The position numbers and the translations under genes were made by a program. This document shows, piece by piece, positions 36,671 to 48,600 of a DNA stretch of 64,000 nucleotides. Under the pieces are notes generated by a model. The model made no database searches. It had not been told where the DNA came from and saw only the letters and a list, made by a program, of their open reading frames with translations. Location: positions 620,001 through 684,000 of the forward strand of contig CAJFCJ010000003.1 in the NCBI GenBank assembly GCA_904063045.1, read 5' to 3'. Each line of letters begins with the position of its first letter. Within the stretch, counting starts at the first letter, position 1. The stretch is from Dimorphilus gyrociliatus. Lineage: Eukaryota > Animalia > Annelida.

Positions 36671-38528
36671 TTAATGTCTAATAGAGACCATTTTTGTTCT
36701 TGATTTTTTACTTCTTCTTACACTGTCATTGTCACTCACGTCTGAATCTTTCGTCGTTATACTCTCCTCATCAAAGCAAACCGTTTTTTTTGTTTTATGG
36801 ACGGAAGCTTCAACTTGTGTTTGAAAAGCTCTAGATATAATTTCTTGTCTTCTGGTAAGCTTTTTCGGTTTGCTTACAACTTCTTCCTTTGATGGAGGTA
36901 CAAAATCTTCATCATCCGAATCATCACATCTTTCTTGTTTGTGGCTCAAAATTTCGTGTAGCTCATCGTCGGAAACTTTCGAAAAAAATGAAAATGGGCT
37001 GTTTATTTCGTATTACCAAAAATCTCTAACAACTTTTAATTGTACGTGAGATTTGAATAACTAATAAACAATTGAACGAAGGAGTAAAAAAAAAACAATA
37101 AATCTTACAGTTAATATCGTCAATATCAGCGTTCTCATCTAAGCTCTGGCCCGGGTTGATAGTTTTCCATTTATCGAACTTTTCCATACTCCTGTAATAT
37201 TCGTAATTAAATAATCACATTTCAATAATCAATAGAAATAAAAGTACAAACGCTACTAAGTTATCATAGAATTTTTGAGAGGAGTAGGATATTGAAAATG
37301 TATCCCTTTTCAATGCTAAATCCATTCTATGGGCGTGATAACTATCTAGTATTCCTTTATAATAATCAAGATCTTCATTTGCGACGCCAACTTTTTCCAA
37401 AATTGGTTTATCTTCTTCAGGAGCAGAAGCGGGATTGTTTATTTCAAGTTCTTTAAATATACTTTTACCAAATCTAATAGAAAAATACGGTAGACCCTGA
37501 GGAGGTAAAAAGTAGTTTCCTTTATAATATACAATAGAATAGATAAGAAATAAAAAAAGCGCTTACAATTGATTCCTTTACTACAAAATCAAAGGCTTGC
37601 AGAGTTTGCATTTTTCTAAAACAATAATAAACGTCATATTGTCCAGTTTGTAATGAATGGTCGGACAAGTCTTTAAAGTATTCAAATTTCTCCATTGTAA
37701 TAGGAATTCTAACTTTCGGTAAACATACTTGAACATTGAACAGGCAATATAAGCAATATAATACAGCAACCACTTTTAAGACTTCAGCATTATCCAGCAT
37801 AGATAAAACTCTAAAATAGCTAATTAGTGTTGTTACTCTCACCATCTTATAAGATGATTTTTGAAAAAATATTGTATGGAAGTTTTGCTCATTCCATATA
37901 GTGAGGAAGTTTTGAAATCTTAATTCTCCAATATTAACGAAACCTCTTATTAAAGATCGTAAGTCCTTTTCTAAACCTCTAGCCAATAGCACAAGAATAG
38001 CATCTTCCAACTGTAGAAAGTCTAAAGACTTGCATTTATCTAGAAATAAAATAAAATTAATAGAAACATTTTTCTGTCATTAAGTTAAAACAAGGAAAGA
38101 ATCGAGAGTAAGCCTTTCAATTTCTATTTTAACTAGCTAAATAAACCCAACGTGGATCAGTTCTTGAAATAGAACACCAATTAATAATATTCACTATAAA
38201 AGTACAGGTGGCGCTTCGCAAGAGCAATATCAATTATTGCACATGTTCAAACAGGGAAAGTTTAAACAGAGTTCTCCCTTAACCTACCAATACTAGCTTC
38301 AGCTGACAATTGCACACTCTCTAACTTAATAAAAGTTCACACTAGGTAATGCTCGCTTTATAAAAATGACTTGATGGGAAAAAGAAAAAGGTTTTAATCG
38401 AAAAGAGGAATAATAATACCTCTGTCATCATTTTCATGCAACTCCAAGGCTGTTTTTAAATGGGATCGCTTTTTTGGTTTTACCTCATCACCCAAGACAT
38501 CGTCGAGAATACCCGTAATTCCAAACAT
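36671..38528 (-). CDS. SNAPC1: snRNA-activating protein complex subunit 1 (SNAP43), about 404 aa
   Basis: Exons 38528-38420, 38039-37567, 37496-37252, 37191-37109 and 36975-36671 total 1215 nt. LRFQNFLTIWNEQNFHTIF, AVLYCLYCLFNVQ...KVRIP and YDVYYCFRKM resemble the SNAPc43 N-terminal domain. An alternative in-frame ATG lies at 38585. Confidence 0.8.
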
Positions 38529-38848
38529 GATTACAATCTTCGCACTAACGTAAAATCGTAAAATCTTGGTTGAATGAATGCGCATGCGTGATCATTTGGC
38601 ACCAGGTGGCGTGAATAAACAACCGTATCCGCCATTATTGTTATTATCGTCCGGAATACGATGGATTTGAAAGCCGCTTTTCGCACACTATCGGCCCTTT
38701 AAAAACCGAATAAACGCGATGGTTTGGTAAGAATCGACATCGAAAACGGCAGAATTGGCATAAATTCCGGAAAGATTGGCAAAAACGGCCGAAAATCGGC
38801 GTTTCCAGCCGTGGACGAGTCAACTGGGACTTGACAGGGGTGTTCGGT
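38529..38848. promoter_or_regulatory. Bidirectional promoter SNAPC1/EPC1
   Basis: Head-to-head starts are 320 bp or less apart in a GC/CpG-richer patch. It contains NRF1-like TGCGCATGCG (38579-38588) and CTCF-like CACCAGGTGGCG (38600-38611). Confidence 0.65.
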
Positions 38849-41800
38849 ATGAGTAAGCTTTCGTTCCGTACCCGCAATTTAGACGCTCAGAAACAAATGG
38901 GCGTCTATATTCGCGATGAAATTCCTGATATGGTCGCAGATTTCGCGGTTATCAGCCGCGCTGTACCGCAAATGCCTACTGGCATGGAAAAAGAAGAGGA
39001 AGCGGTAAGTCGACATTTCTAGTACATTAAAAACTCGTCCATTAGCCGCCATATTGGATTTTAGTAGAAAACCCGGTTAAAGTTGGCGCGCATTTTTCTT
39101 TAAAATAAAATTTTTTAGATGGATTACATGTGCAACATGTCCTCTAAATTTTATTTTACCTCATGCCGTCTTCCTTTTTTATTTATCAAGTCGTTTAAAG
39201 CTATTCTCTGTAAAGTCACGTGACTTATATTATCGTGGGATTTCCCCGCGTTTTTCGTTTTATAGGCCTATTAAACTCCCAACTTTTGCCATGATCAACC
39301 CTAAGTAAACTTAAATAAGAATTTTTACAACTGCATTTTATACAAATATTCGTACTATTATAAAAGAATATGCTCTTTTATATTATATACTTGTAATTCT
39401 AGGCACGTTGCTCTATAAAAGACGAAAAAAATTTTAATTAATGCTCAGTTAAATTTGATTGTTTTATTATAAGTTTTTTGATGTTTAAAATGAAACGAAA
39501 CAAAATTTGACTATACTTTACATCGAATATTATTTAAAAACTGCTAAAACAGTTTCCAATAATGCCATAAGTTATTCATTATAGTGATATGAATATTGTA
39601 ATATATCTGGTATAATCATTTGATAATAGTTATTATACTACATAATAATGATTCTTGTATTACTTCTATGTTCATAGTAAATTCTAATATTCTATACGAG
39701 AGCTATAGTTTAACTGTACACGTTGCTGTAATTAAAGTACGCTATTTGCGGGTATTATCATATTCAAATTAACAAAAAAGACAATGATATATTCATAATA
39801 ATATTATGCATCGTATTTTTGGATAAAAGAAAAGTATGTTGAAGTAAAAATCAAAATTGGTTGATGTTATCATTTCAATTGTTATATAAAGTCAGTTGTA
39901 AAAAGAGAATAGATTTAAAAAAGTTCTCAAAAAAATACTTTTACAAAGGAAACTTTAGAATGAGAGGTTTTTTGAAAGGAAATGAAAAAGTTGTACATTT
40001 CTTATGTATATACGCCATCTGTCGGTCTTGTATTGAGTTACATTTTTATCCAATTTACTATAAAATAATCCTATAGTCTTTCTTAATTTTGCTTTTGATA
40101 TGCTTTTCATTGAATATATGTATAGATGGTTAATTACACTGAGTAGAAGATGTTCAAACATTTATAATTATTCATATGTTATGTATTCGCGCAACATGAG
40201 ACAAACTTAATACAACGATACATTTAATGTAAAAAGTATAGATTTGCACTTGATATTTGTCTTGAACAAAATTTATGCATGTTCTATTGTAGCCAAAAAA
40301 GAAATAGTTTATATTGTTCTATCTTCTTATTTTGCAATTATTCATAATTTTTCTTTTATGTTTCGTACTACAGGAGCATCACCTTCAGAAAGCATTGTCC
40401 GCCCAGCAGATCCACGGCACGACGGAGAATCGTGTTATACCGACGCCCGAAATACATGAAATCCTCGAACGCTATGAAAAACTATATAGAACCGATTGGA
40501 AATGTCCAAAACAATATATTCATTTACAAGCATGGGGGGTAGATCAAGAAGAGGTTGATTATGATATGGACGAAGAAGATGAAACTTGGCTAAGGAATGA
40601 GGTACGGAAGTTCGATTTGACCAGCGACAAATTTGAGAGGATGATGGATCGATTAGAGAACGCCAGTGGACAAGTGGTTGTGAGTCTGAACGAGGCCAAG
40701 ATGCTCTTAAAAGAAGATGATGAACTAACAATAGCCGTTTATGATTATTGGCTTAGTAAAAGATTAGCTAATCAAGCTCAAACTCTCATTGCCAAAGTTA
40801 AAACAGACAAAAGGGATGGTACTGGCTCCAGTGATCCTTATGTTGCGTTTCGACGGCGAACCGAAAAAATGCAAACCCGAAAAAATAGAAAAAATGACGA
40901 AGCGTCGTTTGAGAAAATGAACAAATTACGACGAGATATAAAGAAAGCTTTGACAATTATTGATTTAGTAAAACGACGGGAAAAGAGTAAAAAAGAGCTT
41001 TTAGAGTTTACCAAGGAGGTATTCGAAAAACGGTACTATTGCGAGGATTATAACGGCGAATTGGTTGCCGAAGCAAAGAAACAACGAGTGGAAAAACGTC
41101 CAATGTTTAATTTAACTCAGTCTTACCAGTGGCCTATTTCTTGGCAAAATGAATGGAATGAGGAAACAACTCAGGCTCCGGCCAGAAAGAAAAGAAAGTA
41201 CGAGAAGAAGAGGCGTATTAATCATCATTCTGCAGAGAGATTACCACAATATAATGATTATGACGATTTCGTTGTATCAGAAGAAGAGAGTGTTAGCTCT
41301 GAGGAAGAGGAGGAGGTTGATGGTACTTTCTCATTTAGGAGAAAACCTGGTAGCAAATATCTGGCACCAGTTTACGAACCATGTGAACGATTTGCTTGGA
41401 CTGCTCCTGAAGATGGAGGGGTTGGTGACGAAAGATTTAGATTTTCATTGGTTTCATTTGATAAACCGAGAAGGCATTGTGTTGGCTATGTAAGGAGGAG
41501 AATTGGCAGAGGCGGCAGGGTGGTATTCGACAGAGCGAGAACGGAATGGGACCAATACTGTAGGAGTAAAGATATAGGGAAGGACATAAAATCACATTAT
41601 AGCAATTGTGAACATCGAAGCGTCCCGACAGCATCTATTTCGAACGTGTCCAGTTTTGGAACGCATAAAGACGATCTAATCAAAGCGGAAAGTGCTTCCA
41701 GGGAGAAGCAAATTAACAGCTCGATTGTTAAAGATTGTAACGAATCCGATAATCGGTTAACACCGATTGACAGGGACACCGTGAGAAATACGATTGCCTG

Positions 41801-41897
41801 TTTGAGTGTTCAAAATAGTCGAACTGCCGCCTTGAAAATTAACTTAAATAAGAGAGCGCCTGCAGAATTGGTCGAATCGGCTAATTGTATCTTTTAG
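38849..41897 (+). CDS. EPC1: Enhancer of polycomb homolog (NuA4/TIP60 subunit), 559 aa
   Basis: Exons are 38849-39004 and 40374-41897. Motifs include MSKLSFRTRNLD, RAVPQMPTGMEKEEEAEHHLQKA, DYDMDEEDETWL, DPYVAFRRRTEKMQTRKNRKNDEASFEKM and GYVRRRIGRGGRVVFDR. Confidence 0.95.
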
Positions 41898-41976
41898 TCT
41901 TTCAGCGCCGGTTGCGAAACGGTTCGTGTATTGAAATGTGTTCAAAGACAGTTAGTTGAATTGTTTATTACGGGGA

Positions 41977-42232
41977 TAGATGGCGCTGCAGAACTTTTGC
42001 TTTATACATAGCAGTAAAGATTTTCAGGTTGTAAAAAAAAAAACACAAAAAAGGTGAAAAGATTAAAATGATTAAAAAAATCTCTTCCTTTATAAAACTA
42101 AAACATCAGAATTTATTGCCTCCAACTAACGAATAATTTTATTCAAAACCTTATTAAACAAAACCAAGCAAAACAGTAAGGTTAATTTGTACTATTTTTA
42201 AAATTTGATATCTCTGCAGCGCCACCTAACGG
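41977..42232. promoter_or_regulatory. Convergent pair of CTCF-like motifs downstream of EPC1
   Basis: TAGATGGCGCT lies at 41977-41987 (+) and CCGTTAGGTGGCGCT at 42218-42232 (-). Confidence 0.55.
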
Positions 42233-43947
42233 CATCGGTATCATTCCGTTAGCAATATTATGGGCCATAAGTGCCAAAAAAAAGTGATTTTTACTTTGTT
42301 GTTCCTATGTGTTTATAGTAAGTAAAGATGTCATTTTTATTGATCGAAAAATTATAAAAGTTCGAGCATATGCGAAAACTGTCCTTTATAAAGTAGCCGT
42401 TTTGAAAAAGACAACTGATTGCCTTTGAACACACTAGTTGTTTGTGTGTTGGAAGAAAAAAATATATATATTAATTGAGTTTCGCACTGCCTCGTGAACA
42501 TTTATTTTTTAAATATTCTGTGATAGTAAACACTCTTTTCTTTTTTTTATCGTCCCATATAGATTTGACGTCTTTTTTCCGGGCAGCTTTCGCATAATCT
42601 TGTAAATAATTTGTATATACACATGTATAAATCATGTACAGTAACGATATTTGAGTGTTTTTTGTTGATAATAAAGAAACCCATAAAGTTTGTTAGTTTG
42701 TTACTAATTGGCGATCAAATACTCAGTTTTTTTTCTCTTTTTGTGATTTATTTTTTTTTCCTATTATGTATATTGTTCATATTTTTCAAAGAATGACCAA
42801 TAGCTTCTTCTGACAAGTAAAATCATTTATTTCTATATATATATATATATTTATATATATTATATAACTATCATTATGAAAAATATCTCGTATGGCTTTT
42901 GACCATATATACAGTATATAGATATAGATATATATATATATATTCTATATTTTTTTTGCTTTAATTGCTAAATTTACTCACATGGATTAGAAAATTAACT
43001 TCTTTCTTATATTGAAAACTTTGGTCTATATCCATTCTGACTAAATATTAACCTACTTGGCAAAAAGATATAAAATAAAAAAAAAAAACATAAAAACTCG
43101 TCAAGGTCATAGGTCATTAAAATTTTTATATTTTTTATTTTCTCTTTGAGTTAATAATTTTTTATGATGTTGGACAATTTTATTTTGTTTCTTTTTTTTA
43201 AAAAAAACAAAGAGTCAGATAAGTGACTAAAGAAATAATAGAATTCTATAGCCTTATTCCACTTCCTCCACATAAGAAAAACAATTATTAAAATTGTTTG
43301 TATTGTCATGTAGAAAGTAAAGATACCGTGTCTAAATTCTATTGTTGGTAAGATATCAACGTTTTTTCTTCTATCAAAAGAAATTGAGTTAAAGCGGAAG
43401 AGCTATATTAAATATTACGAAGAAAGCTTTTAGTCTTAGTGTTATTAAAAAATTGTTACCTGATCTTTAAATGAACAGGGTTACGTGTCCAACTTTTCGT
43501 GAACGTGATATTATCCCTCTGGTCAGAGTTGATTAAAACCGTGGTATATAAAATTACAAACGTTCATTTAATAAATTTAGCTGAAATAACTATTTAAGCT
43601 TATTGATTATACACGCTAAGAAATTAAGGTAAATGTATTATGTATGTATATTAGATAAATATTAATAAAACGTGACTAAATGATCTAAGTATCTATCATA
43701 CCGCTAATGTTGTACTTTAAATGAACACGAATTCGTCCAGGTGTATGTTTTTCAACGTCAACGTCTAATTGTTTCGGTTAGGCGTCACTTGAGCAACGCT
43801 CAAAGCGGTGACGCCCATTGTCCCGCCTTTCTGCGGCAGTGCTATTAAGGAATTCAAAACTATGTAGAAATATATATGTTTTTCAATTTCGTTCTATTCG
43901 TGTAATTTAATACTTACTATGTACATAAAAAGAAGGAAAAAGAGCAT

Positions 43948-43989
<42 letters not shown>

Positions 43990-45660
43990 TGGGAGGGACT
44001 GAGGGAGGAAGGGAGGGGCAATTGAGAAATAAAAACGTTAAATGTACAGAAAAATGGAAAGATAGAATAAAGGTAATGAATAAATTCGGGATAAAGAAAG
44101 TTTTCAGAAGATTAATTATCTATGAAAGGATGTCGGAGAACAAAGAGTGAAATTATAGAAACTGAAAATTAAAAACAGAATAGAGATTATAATATCCATC
44201 AATAGATAATCTAGCTATATGAAAATAAAGACAAATTCATGACAATTATCCATAGAAAACAATTTATTTACCATCAGTTAAACTTGTCTCCGATAGAGAA
44301 ATTTAATGCTTTTGCAATTATTGAATCGGTAGTATTACATTAATAGTTTATTAATGCATTTTTAACAGATAAAATCTTCATGATGAATAAATAAAAATTC
44401 ATTTTTTTCACATCTTTTTTAATTTCAAATTTTAATATTAGAATTTCTATTTCACTCTTTAATGAATTAGACTTCGTTGCAGACGGTTCTTATACTCTTT
44501 GGTTTGTTGTTTTTATGTCGAAATATATAAAAATCTACGATAACTTCTTGTTTTAGTATATGTCATTTTGTCTTTGCATTGAAATTATAAGTATTGTTGC
44601 TTATAGGTTTGACCGTCTGTTCGACTGTATTGTTGTCTCTACTACTGTCCCCCTCCCCTTCTGCTTTCCGTGTATTACTTGAAGAATTGTTAAAAATGTA
44701 CTTCTATATTGATACATTAAATGCGTAGGTTGCAAAAAAGTATTAGCTTTCAACGTAGTGCAAAAATACATTAGCTTTTGTTAATTAACCATGCAGCAGC
44801 AAAATTCCAGGTAAAAGTCTTTACAAAGAATTTTATATCTGAGACAAAGTTGAATTGAAATATTTACTAAAATCAGTTGTCAAGACAACAGTATTTAATG
44901 ATGCTTATTTAAAAAAAAAATTGAACTTAGATTATATATAATTAACTATACGATTATTAGTATTATCTCATTGTTTTAGATATAATATCCAAAGAGTGTA
45001 TACTTTTATAATAGATTTATTAAAGGTTTTAGTGTTTTTCATAATCAAATTGGCTTTATATTTTCTAACCGTAACTTTTAAACGGAAGTGAACTTATACA
45101 TCTACATTAATTCTTATATGTAAATTAATAAAAAACTTAAAAAACTATTTTTATATTAGATGCATTATACTAATATCACTGTTAATATAAAATATGCTTA
45201 TTTACGTAAGTAATATATTTTTGTCTTCTACTAGAATATTGTATGATATGCTAAGTCTATTTTTAACTTGAAAATTCATTATGACGCAAAAATGGGAAAC
45301 GCCAATGGCGACGCTCATTCGCTAAAATATGTACTTTAAGGCGAATAGCGGTCGATGATTGGTTGCTTTACATTACAATGTAAGACGCGTATAAAAATGC
45401 GAATCCGAATGTGTTGTATCACTTGCTAGTTGAGTGAAACCGTCGAATTATTCCTGCTGGTCAGGTTATCTCTGTCTCTCTGATTATTTATACGATACAG
45501 CTTATCAGTTCACCAAAAAGTTTTATTTCATGTAAGATTCATTATTGTTTAATAAAAATTAAATACAGAATTGATTATGTAAATTATGCAGAGATATTTA
45601 ATATTTCCGCGTTGCTCATTCGTTATTTGCAATTTATTACCTATTTTTCTTCATTCCAGC

Positions 45661-48600
45661 ATGAGTGATCGAGGAAACTACTGGCAGCCTAATTTCCCCA
45701 ATATGTACAACCCTGAAATGTGGAATTTCCCTCAACAACCAAATATTCGACCCATTCAAAATGAGGCGTTGCAGCATGTTCAACAGCCGACAACATCCTC
45801 TCACGGGTTAGTAGAAATATTATATTACTTGGAACTTTTTATAGGGAAAATATAAAAAGAAATGAGGTCAACGAAAAGGTTAATCTCTCTAGCTGAGTTA
45901 AAATTTATATATAAAATTATTAGAGCCCAATTTCTTTTTTATAAGAAATCTATGATTAGAAGAGTTTCTTCTTTCATGATTCAATCAGCAAATATGTCCA
46001 TTCACTGGGTCTGTTAAGCGTTTATATTCAGTTTAAAATAGATCTAGTAAAGATTTTAATAGATGTAAAGAATCTGCTTAGAGAGGGTAACTTAATAGTA
46101 TTAGCATTAATATTAAAGTTCATATGTTTTATTATCACTAAATATCTTTAAATATAACGTTTGCGTCTTCTTTCTCTATTCCTCAGTAGATTGTTCTTTG
46201 TTTTTTATTCCCAGATTAAATAGAATATTATCTATAATATGTTTTAAAACGGAAGTGAATTATAAGCGTATAAGTTTTCATAGATTACGTTTGCTTTTTT
46301 TCTGACCACACCCTTTTTTTCTGTTAGCATCAGTAATAAACTAGTAATTTAATATCTACTTTATACATTCATATTTAATTTCAATCTTTCTCTCTCTTCC
46401 CTATACTATTACTTTATTATAAAGACGTATCATATTCTATTACATATCGATGACCATAGACTACAGAAATATGGTACTGTACTATCTTAGAATAGATGCT
46501 AAAAGCGGACAAAAACGTAACAATAGGTCAAATGATTATTAAAAAGTTGATTTTATTTTTTACAACTGTACTTTATTTATTAGAAGTAGAAAGAGTTGTT
46601 TTGTCATAAAAGTGAATTTTTAACAAATAGATGGCACTAGGTTAGACTATCAAAATTATTATTAATTGGTATCTTCCTTAATATTTTCTTACTGCTTATT
46701 TTGTCGAATTAATTAATTATATCATTAATATTTGATATCATAAATATATATATAATTGAAAGAGAGAAAAAGCGAGAGAGAGAGAGAAAGACCAAGCTTT
46801 CTATTTGTACATTTTGTTTGAATAAACTAAAAGGTGTTGGCAGATATGACCAAGTTTTTTATGACCTTTGCCGGCAGATAAATATCTCATTTTCTATACT
46901 AATTTCTTATTTTATTTCCTTATTCTTTTGAAAATAATTAAACCAAGGGAAATAGATAGAATTGATAATATATCTATAGTATATGCTGTGTATGCAGATA
47001 GCTATACGTATCGTAAGTAATTCTATTCAATGGTGTTTCATAGTAAAACATATTGATTAGTAATTCAAGCAAAAAGTTATCATTTTCTCTATATAGAAAT
47101 ATGCTACTACAGTTCAAGTTTAATCATAGACATGACGTCACCTATGTTAAATATGCAATAGATTTTAGCCAATAGAATTTTTGTCGGATGTCATGTGACG
47201 TGTGTGAAAAAATTTAAACTTGTCAGACAGAGGCTGGTCCTCGTTCATGCTAATCATGAAATTCTTTAGGTAATGGATTAAGCGTAAAAACATAAAAAGT
47301 TAACAAACTTTTGAACAATTAATTAATGGATATTGTTTTACTTTACAAACAGGTCAACTAAAGGAGCATCCAAGCAGAGGCGGGACCTCATAAACATTGA
47401 AATAAATCATTTAAGAGAGCTATTGCCGCTACCAGAATCTGCTAGGCAGAGACTGAGTCAGCTACAAATTATGTCTTTGACTTGCGTTTACATTAGAAAA
47501 TGTAACTTTTTCTCTCATAGTAAGTATACCTTTATAACTCCGTTTAAATATTTTAATGAATATTAGTCTGGTCACGTATTCAATATTAACACTCTATTTT
47601 TTTTCTCTAGTTTTCTCCACCATTCAACAACAAGAAATACCAGTTTTTGAATTTTCTCAAGTAAGAATAACAATTATTATAGAATTTCTAACAATAGTTG
47701 TATTGAAATCGCCTTTCAAAGATTTTATTGATTTGTCCACTTTTATTCAAGAAAAATACCAATTTAAATAGAGTTTTTTTTAATATTAACCTACTTTTAG
47801 GTTTTTTTTCTTTCAACTTTGATATAACGTTCTTTCTTTTTTTTATCAAAAACAGTCGATGCCCGGATTTTTGTTAGCATGCACAAAAGCTGGAAAATTA
47901 CTGTACATCTCCGAAAATGTTACAGAATTTTTGGGTCATTCTATGGTAATTATATTAATCAGTTATGTAAGAATTATTAAAGAACTTATAGAAGGTCATA
48001 AGCGAAAATTAAGGAGACGTTTGAATATCATTTTTAATGTTGAATTAGAACTTTCTATTGAAAAAGAGAAATTCTTCGTAAAGCGCCATTGTAAATGGCT
48101 TGGGAAAAAAAATAGTTCTTTTGTATAGTTTAAGATTTTGTTCACCTTGTTTATTTAAACTAAATGACTTTATTTGACAAGAATAAGAGGCGTATGAACT
48201 TGACATGTATACCCTTGATTTTTTTCCAACTGCGCAGTATTCTAAAAATAGCCCTATATACATAAACCACTATATTTCAAACTTGAAGAAAGTCTTCAAC
48301 TTCAAAATTGGGCAATTCAAGATAATTTTTCAAATGAAAAAATATCCCTTATCAATTCTTATCAGTGAAACTAGGCGTTGACTTTATAAACATTATCAAA
48401 TAAGAGATTACCTTTTAGGCTTTATAGCTCTATGTGTAAAAGATGTGAAGCATGTTTTAGTAAAATCGGTTAAACAAGCAGCAATAATTGTAATAAGACT
48501 GTCATTATAGAGAAAATAGACTAATTGGGTTAATCTTTAGGTACCGCACGACCTACTTTAATACAATACGTATTTGAACAACTAATTCATCAGATTTCTT

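Noticed and set aside
37109-37257. Apparent premature stop or frameshift in SNAPC1 exon 4
   Set aside because: It arises only with the donor at 37256. The phase-2 donor GC|gtttgt at 37251 keeps the frame open through exons 4 and 5.
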